Shown: piece after piece, positions 57,138 to 64,000 of the stretch
How the letters are laid out: every line of letters starts with the position of its first letter
Position numbering within the stretch: the stretch's first letter is position 1
NCBI GenBank assembly: GCA_043765375.1
Contig: JAYUJH010000041.1
Coordinates: 3,325-67,324, forward strand
Source: Alphaproteobacteria bacterium
GTDB lineage: Bacteria > Pseudomonadota > Alphaproteobacteria > Rickettsiales > UBA998
Length of the DNA stretch: 64,000 nucleotides
Reading direction: 5' to 3'
Notes under the pieces: model-generated
Seen by the model: the letters and a program-made list of their open reading frames with translations, nothing else
The model's database searches: none
What the model was told of the DNA's origin: nothing
Position numbers and translations under genes: made by a program

Positions 57138-57166
57138 GGGTTTAGGGTTTAGGGTTTAGGGTTTAG
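57138..57166. repeat. heptanucleotide microsatellite (GGGTTTA)x4
   Basis: GGGTTTAGGGTTTAGGGTTTAGGGTTTAG fills the 45-nt gap between the convergent SDR and rsmE stops. Confidence 0.9.
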
Positions 57167-57168
57167 AA

Positions 57169-57951
57169 TTACCAGTCACCGCAATAATTTTGCAATAATG
57201 TTAAGCCCGCCAAAGCTGCGGTATCAGCTCGCATGATTCGCTTGCCCATGTTGAGTGGGTGCATGAACGGAAATTGCTTAAATAATGCGAACTCAGATGC
57301 AGAAAATCCACCTTCGGGCCCAATTAGTAGGGCGAGTGGCGGGTTCATATTATGCAATAAATCTGAGGCTACCCTGCCTTGCCCTGACTCATCACCATAA
57401 ATTAATGGACGGATATTTGGTTTTTCATTTAGGTTGTCATTTAGGTTTTCATTAGGGTTGGTATCTGGATTTTCATTTGACCAATCATAAAGTAACTGCT
57501 CCAATGTTTGATATTGCAGCACTTGCGGCACATCAACCCGCCCTGATTGCTCGGCTGCTTCAATTGCGTGGGCTTGCAACCGCTCCACATTAACCCGCCC
57601 TAAAATAGTGCGTTCAGTTTTGATTGGCAATAAGCGTGAAACTCCAAGCTCGGTTGCTTTTTCCACCAAAAAATCAATCCGCCCCGCTTTAATGGGAGCA
57701 AATGCAAGCCATATATCGGGTGATGAGGTTTGAGGCAAAGTTTGTTCTGTCACTCGCACATTCACTTCTTTTTTGCTGATTTGAGTAATTTTTGCTAGCC
57801 ATTCACCGCTAATTCCATCAAATAAATGTAAATGCGCATCAATTTTTAGGCGCATAACATGTTGAGCGTAATGCGACTGTGCTTGCGTTAAGGCGAACTC
57901 TGCTCCAAATGATAGTGGCACATTTTCAATATATAATCTTATTTTTTGCAT
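57169..57951 (-). CDS. rsmE: 16S rRNA (uracil1498-N3)-methyltransferase
   Basis: RsmE blocks: PIKAGRIDFLVEKATELGV and the C-terminal LLIGPEGGFSASE. Start set to ATG 57951 (MQKIRLYI). Contains an Asn-rich 12-nt repeat insertion. Confidence 0.87.
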   Translation of the reverse strand: MQKIRLYIENVPLSFGAEFALTQAQSHYAQHVMRLKIDAHLHLFDGISGEWLAKITQISKKEVNVRVTEQTLPQTSSPDIWLAFAPIKAGRIDFLVEKATELGVSRLLPIKTERTILGRVNVERLQAHAIEAAEQSGRVDVPQVLQYQTLEQLLYDWSNENPDTNPNENLNDNLNEKPNIRPLIYGDESGQGRVASDLLHNMNPPLALLIGPEGGFSASEFALFKQFPFMHPLNMGKRIMRADTAALAGLTLLQNYCGDW

Positions 57952-58013
57952 TATAGCATTTTCCATTTTTGTTTATATGACATTTTCCTGCGGGTTCGCA
58001 AGTGCGCACGTAT

Positions 58014-58138
58014 TATAGTGCTTCCGAATAATTTTTGGACACTATGTGGCAAAAATTATTTGGACAAAAGCACTATAAATCATATGTTTATAGTCATTCC
58101 GAAAAAAAATTGAACAATTTTTATTCGGAATGACTATA
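58014..58138. repeat. two adjacent related inverted repeats (arms TATAGTSMTTCCGAATAA...)
   Basis: A: 58014-58077, imperfect ~24-bp arms. B: 58089-58138, perfect 15-bp arms TATAGTCATTCCGAA / TTCGGAATGACTATA. Located in the divergent rsmE-proS intergenic region. Confidence 0.7.
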
Positions 58139-58303
58139 ATTATACGCTTACGCCTTACTCACCTTGCAAAATACAATCTAAATAAAAAGCGAAAAAGCTG
58201 TAAGTTCATCATTAAACCATTTTTTTGCAAAAATAAATTGCTAATTTGAGTTCATATATTTAATATCTATTTTCTAATAATTCATAACCCCCTTAAAATA
58301 TAT

Positions 58304-59584
58304 ATGCGATTTTCACAAAGCCTTATCCCACTAATTAAAGAAACGCCTTCAGAAGCGAAAATTGCCTCGCATCGTTTGATGTTGCGCTCGGGAATGGTGC
58401 GTCAACATTCAGCGGGGATTTATAGCTGGTTACCGTTGGGGTTGCGGGTGTTGAATAAAGTTTCCAACATTATTCGTGAGGAGATGAACAAAGCTGGGGC
58501 AGTGGAATTGCTAATGCCAACCATGCAACCAATTGAATTATGGGAAGAATCAGGGCGGGGTGGCTATGGCACGGAAACGCTCAAAGCGGTGGATAGGCAC
58601 GACCGCACTATGATTTATGGCCCAACACATGAGGAAGTTATCACCGATTTATTCCGCCGTAGTGTGAAATCATATAAAGCATTGCCTTTGAACTTATATC
58701 AGATTCAATGGAAGTTTCGTGATGAAATCCGTCCACGGTTTGGCGTGATGCGGGGGCGGGAGTTTTTGATGAAAGATGCTTATACTTTTTCGGAAGATGG
58801 AGATTCGCATCAGGCTTTATATGATAATATGTATGCAACATATTTTCGTATTTTTAGGCGCATGGGGTTGCAGGTAATCCCGTTTAAGGCGGATACTGGT
58901 ATGATTGGTGGTGACCAAAGCCATGAGTTTCAAGTGGTTGCTGGCACAGGCGAGAGCGACATTTATTATGATAGAAAATTGGAGCAGTTAATAGCAGCGG
59001 AAGAATTGGATATTGATGCAATTCGTGCAAGCTATTCGGCGGCGGACGAAAAGCATGTTGCAAGCGAATGTGGTGTTGCGAGTGATGATTTGGTGGCAGC
59101 GAGAGGGATTGAAGTTGGGCATATATTTTATTTTGCGGATAAATATTCCAAAGCGATGAAAGCGATGATAAAAAATGCGCAAGGCGAGGAAGTTCCTGTG
59201 ATGATGGGGGCGCATGGAATTGGCGTTTCTCGGTTGCTTGGTGCAATCATTGAGGTTCATCACGATGAGAAGGGGATTTTGTGGCCAGAATCAGTTGCGC
59301 CATTCAAAGTTGGATTGATTAATATTCGCCAAGGTGACGTGGTCTGTGACGCATTTGCTAATGAAGTTTATGCTGAATTAAATAAGGCGGGAATTGAGGT
59401 GCTATATCATGATACGGACGAGCGAGCAGGGGGCAAGTTTGCCGCAATGGAATTAATCGGAGTGCCGTGGCAAGTGGTGGTTGCGCCAAACTCAGCGCAA
59501 ATGCGCAATATTGAATTGAAATGTCGCAAAAGCGGTGAAACTCAATTGCTTGATTTGAGTGAGTTGATTGCGAAGATGATTTGA
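58304..59584 (+). CDS. proS: proline-tRNA ligase (short class II form)
   Basis: Motif 2 FRDEIRPRFGVMRGREFLMKDAY, motif 3 GAHGIGVSRLLGAI, C-terminal anticodon-binding domain. 426 aa. Confidence 0.95.
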   Translation: MRFSQSLIPLIKETPSEAKIASHRLMLRSGMVRQHSAGIYSWLPLGLRVLNKVSNIIREEMNKAGAVELLMPTMQPIELWEESGRGGYGTETLKAVDRHDRTMIYGPTHEEVITDLFRRSVKSYKALPLNLYQIQWKFRDEIRPRFGVMRGREFLMKDAYTFSEDGDSHQALYDNMYATYFRIFRRMGLQVIPFKADTGMIGGDQSHEFQVVAGTGESDIYYDRKLEQLIAAEELDIDAIRASYSAADEKHVASECGVASDDLVAARGIEVGHIFYFADKYSKAMKAMIKNAQGEEVPVMMGAHGIGVSRLLGAIIEVHHDEKGILWPESVAPFKVGLINIRQGDVVCDAFANEVYAELNKAGIEVLYHDTDERAGGKFAAMELIGVPWQVVVAPNSAQMRNIELKCRKSGETQLLDLSELIAKMI

Positions 59585-59663
59585 ATATGGGTTTGGCTGT
59601 GGTTTTTGCAAAAAACGTCAATAATCGGTTTGTGAATTAGGTTGAAATTATTTGCGATAAATT

Positions 59664-59708
59664 GTTGCCGCTATCTATGTTGCCACTATCTATGTTGCTA
59701 CTATCTAT
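59664..59708. repeat. 15-nt tandem repeat x3 (GTTGCYRCTATCTAT)
   Basis: GTTGCCGCTATCTAT GTTGCCACTATCTAT GTTGCTACTATCTAT, between convergent proS and the XRE gene. Confidence 0.9.
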
Positions 59709-59762
59709 CGCAATATAATCATCATTGAACTATAAACCAGTTATAATCGTCAATATACTGCC

Positions 59763-60191
59763 TTATGATGCGGCTTGAACTTCCTGCTCGGCGAATGAAC
59801 GAATTAAATCAGCAAAACGCTTGCGAGTTTTTTCATCTTTAATGCTATAATATGAGCGCACTAACTCCAAAGTTTCACGGCTATATATTTCATCATATTG
59901 ATAACCAGCTTCTTCTTCAGCAGCTCTCGCACTGATATATGACGTTGACGGGTTATTATCATTGGCTTGATAATCCATTCCTTCAAAGAAATGCGCAACT
60001 GGTGCATTAAATGCTTTGCTAAACTCATATAATCGGCTGGAAGCAATGCGATTTGCCCCTCGTTCATATTTTTGGATTTGCTGGAAACTTATTCCCAACA
60101 TTTTTCCAACTGCATCTTGGCTTAAGCCAAGCATAATTCGCTTTTCGCGCAATTTGTTACCAACAAAAACATCAACAGGGTGGTGGGACAT
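59763..60191 (-). CDS. XRE-family helix-turn-helix transcriptional regulator
   Basis: N-terminal HTH VGNKLREKRIMLGLSQDAVGKMLGISFQQIQKYERGANRI. Confidence 0.85.
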   Translation of the reverse strand: MSHHPVDVFVGNKLREKRIMLGLSQDAVGKMLGISFQQIQKYERGANRIASSRLYEFSKAFNAPVAHFFEGMDYQANDNNPSTSYISARAAEEEAGYQYDEIYSRETLELVRSYYSIKDEKTRKRFADLIRSFAEQEVQAAS

Positions 60192-60532
60192 AAGCTTAAC
60201 TATACCTATATTTGAATTATATTAATTTTATTTACCAAGCAATTAAACTAAATTATTTTCATACTCAAGTAACTTTTGTACTCAAATGATTTTCAGAATT
60301 GAAAAATATTTAGACTTTACTGCAATAAGTTAAATATATTATAATTTTTGTATCATGTCACGCAATTTATTCATAATAGTTGCATATTGAAACAAAACTT
60401 TAACAAAACTTTAGGACTTCCGCATAATTATGTCTGTGGATATTGTTATTTCTACTGTTGCTTGCGAAAATCAGAACGCAACTTAATCAGAACGCAACCT
60501 AATAAAAATCAGCAAAGGGGTTATAAAATAAC

Positions 60533-60973
60533 ATGAATGAACAAAATATCTATGAGTTGGAGCAGTATTTTTCGCAATTAATTGAGAAATCTTTGGGGGA
60601 TTTGCGTGAAGATTTGCTTGATAAAATGAATGAGTTATTGCAAAATCTGAATGGTGCGCCAGATTTTCAAGCGGATTTATCTGATGGAGTTGTGAAGGCT
60701 GGTGCAGATGATTTCGGCAGTAAAACTTTTGATGCGTTTGGTGATGTCATTAGTTATGCAGCGATTTCTGCCGTGTTACCAAATATTAATTCTACCGCCC
60801 GCTTGCCTCGGGGGCTTGATGGTAGCGTGGTATTTCGCCCTGCATTGCGCAGAGTTGGAACATTGGCGGGGAAAACTATTGCTAGCACAATTTTTGATAC
60901 AAGTGGTGGCAAAATTAGTTACGGCTCTAGGCAGCTGGGAAGCAGCATTTTTGCGGAATTATTTTCAGGGTGA
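60533..60973 (+). CDS. hypothetical protein (146 aa)
   Basis: Intact ORF with GGGG 10 nt upstream of the ATG. No motif recognised. Confidence 0.45.
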   Translation: MNEQNIYELEQYFSQLIEKSLGDLREDLLDKMNELLQNLNGAPDFQADLSDGVVKAGADDFGSKTFDAFGDVISYAAISAVLPNINSTARLPRGLDGSVVFRPALRRVGTLAGKTIASTIFDTSGGKISYGSRQLGSSIFAELFSG

Positions 60974-61000
60974 TGATTTGTTTTTGATTTTATTTAATCC

Positions 61001-61609
61001 CTACCGTTGGCGTTTTTTGATATTAGGGTCGTATATTGCAAATATTTTATCATCAAGGGGAAGGTTATAAGTTGCATTATCAAGGGCGATGGTGGTTTCT
61101 TCGCCTTTTGCATCACGGGTTAAAATATTTTTCAATATATATGGGCGTTCGCTAAATATGAAACTTATTTCGCCTTCATCGGGGGCTTTGCGGGAGGTGA
61201 TGCGAACAACTTGCACGCCATCAATGCTACTTGCTTCTAGCACTTTAATTTGTTTGTCAGCGAAATTGATGTTGTCGCTAGCGAGGTAGCTAGCAATTGT
61301 TCCTGCAATTGGAATATCGCTAATTTGCTCTAATTCACGGTCATAATAGCGCATAAATGTTCCGCGCGTCACCATGGTGATTGGGGTTGGTGGTGCATAT
61401 TCCCAGCGCATTTTACCCGCTCGTTTGAGATATAGCACGCCTGAGCTAATTTGTCCGTTTGGCGCAATTTGGGTGAAGTTCGCTTTTAATGAACGTATGT
61501 TATTGAGATGTTGTTGCGCTTGTTTTAGCACATTTGCTTCAATTTTTGGTGCAGCATAAACGGGATTGGTTAGTAACATAAAGAGAATTATTAATGATAA
61601 ACCCCTCAC
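61001..61609 (-). CDS. lolA: outer-membrane lipoprotein carrier protein LolA
   Basis: LolA block GVLYLKRAGKMRWEYAPP. Start set to GTG 61609, giving the signal peptide (M)RGLSLIILFMLLTNPVYA/AP. The track ORF extends to 61903 only by reading through the hairpin repeats. Confidence 0.82.
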   Translation of the reverse strand: MRGLSLIILFMLLTNPVYAAPKIEANVLKQAQQHLNNIRSLKANFTQIAPNGQISSGVLYLKRAGKMRWEYAPPTPITMVTRGTFMRYYDRELEQISDIPIAGTIASYLASDNINFADKQIKVLEASSIDGVQVVRITSRKAPDEGEISFIFSERPYILKNILTRDAKGEETTIALDNATYNLPLDDKIFAIYDPNIKKRQR

Positions 61610-61614
61610 CCCAA

Positions 61615-61730
61615 CCCTCTCCCGCAAGGGGAGAGGGAGAAAAGGAGTTCTCTCCCGCAAGGGGAGAGGGAGCAGAAGAGTTCTCTCCCGCAAGGGGAGA
61701 GGGAGCAAAAGAATTCTCTCCCGCAAGGGG
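61615..61730. repeat. tandem array (33-nt period, 4 units) of GC-rich GCAA-loop hairpins
   Basis: CTCTCCC-GCAA-GGGGAGAG occurs at 61617, 61650, 61683 and 61716 (the last is truncated), separated by GGAGNAGAAGAGTT-type linkers. Located between recR and lolA. Confidence 0.9.
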
Positions 61731-61892
61731 ATTTGTGGCGAATAAGTTATCTGTTTCAATGGAAGATGAAGGCATGAAAGGATCCTGAAAAAACTATCCC
61801 GCCCACTGCACGGTTGAAACATAAAATGCTTGACGTTTGGCAGGATTGGTGGCTTATATGTCGTGATAGGTTTGTAAAAAACATTCAAAATA

Positions 61893-62513
61893 TTAAATCG
61901 CATAACGAGCCTTCATGGCGGCGGCTAATGTTCCATCATCAAGATAATCCAGTTCGCCACCGATTGGGATTCCTTGCGCTAATTTGGTAATTTTAATGTT
62001 AGCAAATTGTAGTTCATTAATCGTATCATGCAGATAATGTGCGGTGGTTTGCCCATCTGTGGTGATGTTAGTCGCCAAAATAACCTCTGTGACATTGTTG
62101 GTTTTGATACGGGCAAGCAACTGATTAACGCCTAAATGCTCGGGATTAACGCCATCAATCGCTGAGAGAACCCCGCCTAATACATGATAAACCCCACGAT
62201 AAAGCCCTGAACGCTCCATTGCCCATAAATCAGCAATATCTTCAACTACACACAAAACATTATGTTCACGCCGTTCATCTTCACAAATATGGCATGGGTC
62301 GCATACGTCAAAATTGCGACAAATGCTGCAAGTTTTTATGTTATCCGCTACATTTTGTAATTGAGCGATTAATGGCAATAAGGCGGATTCTCGCTTGCGC
62401 AACAAGTGAAGTGCAACTCGGCGGGCGGAGCGTGAGCCAAGGCTTGGCAGACGTGACAGCGAAAAGATTAGCTGCTCCATGGCGTTTGGGGTGAGTTGTT
62501 TCATAAGTGACAA
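61893..62513 (-). CDS. recR: recombination protein RecR
   Basis: HhH N-terminus (LPSLGSRSARRVALHLL), C4 zinc finger (CSICRNFDVCDPCHIC), Toprim domain. Confidence 0.93.
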   Translation of the reverse strand: MSLMKQLTPNAMEQLIFSLSRLPSLGSRSARRVALHLLRKRESALLPLIAQLQNVADNIKTCSICRNFDVCDPCHICEDERREHNVLCVVEDIADLWAMERSGLYRGVYHVLGGVLSAIDGVNPEHLGVNQLLARIKTNNVTEVILATNITTDGQTTAHYLHDTINELQFANIKITKLAQGIPIGGELDYLDDGTLAAAMKARYAI

Positions 62514-62649
62514 TATAAATATATTTATATAATAAAGCTAGGATATTTTTATGGATTTGTTAGAGTAAATATAATAAGGTGATTTTTGGTTATTATAAAG
62601 GGAATAAAAATAGTGTTAGTGGAAATTAAATAGTTATAATGGGGATAAT

Positions 62650-63738
62650 ATGGGCAAAATTATAACTTTTTACAATCACAAAGGCGGAGTTGGCAAAACC
62701 ACGCTGGTGCATAATATCGGTTTTGCGTTAGCAGATTTGGGTAAGAAAGTTTTATTGATTGATGCTGACCCACAAATGAACTTAACTTCGGCGATGTATG
62801 GATTATCTACCGCAGTTGAATATTCAATGAATGAAGGAGCTAAATGGAGGGAATATACTGAGCAATATACTTCATTTGTTGACCACATAAATGAATATTT
62901 GCTTGATGAAAAATTGAATGATTCTGAAAATAGCAAGGAAATATTCCAAGTTAAATCTAAGCATAATCAAAATGGAAAAATAGATTTGATATCTGGTTCT
63001 ATTTTGATTTCAAATATTGAAGCTAAGTTTTACAATATTATAACTAATAAAAACGATTATAACACAAATATTCCATATAAGTTTGAGAAATTAATTAGAG
63101 AAAAGGCAAAAGACTATGATTTGGTGTTGATTGATACATCACCAAGTGCAAGCAGCATTATCAACGCATTATCTGTGATGACTTCTGATTATTTTATTGT
63201 TCCAGTATCGCCCACTTTTTTTTCGTTACAGGCAGTTGATAATTTAACGCAAGTTATAACTAATTGGAATAATTTACTAAGGGATTATCAACAGACTATT
63301 GGTAAAAAAGGGATATCGCTAAACTCTAAGTTTTTAGGTCTAGTAATTCAAATGGGAAAAAGATTTAACGGGGGAGCTGTTAACAATACAGGTTATTCAA
63401 AATCAACTGAAGATTGGATAACTGAGGTTAATAAGAGCGTCAAAAGATTTGTAAGTGACATTAATAAATATGAATATGCTATTAGCTCAAATGATTTTCA
63501 AGAAATATTTTCTGCAAAAAATCCATATATTATAGAAAAATGTTGCGATTTCACCGCAAAACTAAGAGCTATAGCTGAGAAAGAAGGCGTGCCGGTCATA
63601 TATTTAACGCAAGATATTTGTGATAAATATAATAAAAATGTTGATGTAACTATGCCAACAAGGCAATATGCGCGCTCACTAACAAGCATTAATCAATCAT
63701 ACCGATATATTGCCGAAAGTTTAACTAAATTATTATAA
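62650..63738 (+). CDS. ParA/MinD-like P-loop ATPase, unusually long (362 aa), no partner gene
   Basis: Deviant Walker [11 protein letters not shown], then [12 protein letters not shown], and Walker B-like [12 protein letters not shown]-rich, with a ~90-aa insertion after the DPQ motif and a long C-terminal extension. Confidence 0.75.
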   Translation: MGKIITFYNHKGGVGKTTLVHNIGFALADLGKKVLLIDADPQMNLTSAMYGLSTAVEYSMNEGAKWREYTEQYTSFVDHINEYLLDEKLNDSENSKEIFQVKSKHNQNGKIDLISGSILISNIEAKFYNIITNKNDYNTNIPYKFEKLIREKAKDYDLVLIDTSPSASSIINALSVMTSDYFIVPVSPTFFSLQAVDNLTQVITNWNNLLRDYQQTIGKKGISLNSKFLGLVIQMGKRFNGGAVNNTGYSKSTEDWITEVNKSVKRFVSDINKYEYAISSNDFQEIFSAKNPYIIEKCCDFTAKLRAIAEKEGVPVIYLTQDICDKYNKNVDVTMPTRQYARSLTSINQSYRYIAESLTKLL

Positions 63739-63756
63739 AGGAATATAGTGCATAAA

Positions 63757-64000
63757 ATGAAGCATGAACACGGAGTTATCGCCATTAGGGGCGCAAAAGA
63801 ACATAATTTGAAGAATGTCTCAATAGAGATTCCTCGGCAAAAATTGGTGGTGATTACGGGGCTTTCAGGCTCGGGCAAATCATCGCTTGCGTTTGATACG
63901 CTTTATGCGGAGGGGCAACGCAGATATGTGGAGTCACTTTCAGCTTATGCACGGCAATTTTTGAATATTCAAGATAAGCCAGATGTGGAATCCATTGAGG
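63757..64000 (+). CDS. uvrA: excinuclease ABC subunit A (5' end only)
   Basis: [68 protein letters not shown]. An alternative in-frame GTG start lies at 63748. The ORF runs off the window. Confidence 0.93.
   Translation, partial: MKHEHGVIAIRGAKEHNLKNVSIEIPRQKLVVITGLSGSGKSSLAFDTLYAEGQRRYVESLSAYARQFLNIQDKPDVESIE

Noticed and set aside
57138-57166. The (TTTAGGG)4 repeat as a telomere or eukaryotic contamination
   Set aside because: There are only four units, embedded between two intact bacterial genes whose stops flank it. A simple microsatellite is the better explanation.
61594-61788. 64-aa plus-strand ORF encoding SPARGEGE repeats; also a possible mini-CRISPR array
   Set aside because: The ORF is an artefact of the tandem hairpins. 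As a CRISPR, the units (about 19-nt palindrome plus about 14-nt near-identical linker) lack unique spacers of normal length, and no cas genes are present.
61001-61903. 300-aa version of the lolA ORF with a PLPLRER-repeat N-terminus overlapping recR
   Set aside because: The N-terminal 98 codons are a read-through of the 33-nt hairpin array and overlap the recR 3' end. GTG 61609 gives a canonical signal peptide directly before the LolA domain.

Overview
This window looks like the chromosome of a moderately AT-rich alphaproteobacterium. The evidence is a GTA ORFg15-type tail protein, an alphaproteobacterial Mic60-like/HemY_N gene pair, a fliF-fliG-fliH-fliN-flbD-flhA block, a short class II ProRS and an adrenodoxin-type Fdx. 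An endosymbiont-like lineage (Holosporales or Rickettsiales relatives) is my guess only.

Most of the window is housekeeping:
- Metabolism and translation: glyA, sucA, bcp, proA, SCO1, gap, gloB, tkt, galU, ugd, yihY, FNR, fdx, truA, pheA, tRNA-Phe(GAA), gltB, an SDR, rsmE, proS.
- Envelope and repair: kdsD-lptC-lptA-lptB, lolA, recR, the uvrA 5' end.
- Secretion and signalling: a two-component system followed by a PrtD/HlyD type I secretion pair.
- A flagellar export/switch cluster.

I recognised no rRNA, CRISPR array, transposase or integrase.

Non-routine content:
1. gltB is about 300 aa too long. It carries in-frame insertions of GC-rich hairpin repeats, and one pair of these brackets a degenerate DUF559/Vsr-like endonuclease domain. 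The same hairpin family recurs upstream of lolA (a 33-nt tandem array) and between flbD and flhA.
2. Two diverged copies of an AT-rich two-gene cassette (a 220-240 aa protein plus a small coiled-coil membrane protein) lie at 1-1210 and 55241-56359.
3. A small ORF plus a membrane-anchored protein with an R-N-x3-H motif is wedged between FNR and its ferredoxin.
4. Two large orphan membrane or secreted proteins lie at 2.8-5.2 kb. One has a YkuD/Tlde1-like HG...SxGC motif.
5. There is a solitary GTA g15 gene, a brnT/brnA pair and a solo long ParA-like ATPase.
6. A second dispersed palindromic family (GCTGGTATGAC type), near-consensus Fur boxes, and recurrent 15-nt in-frame tandem duplications are present.

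All homology calls rest on motif recognition by eye. No database search was run.
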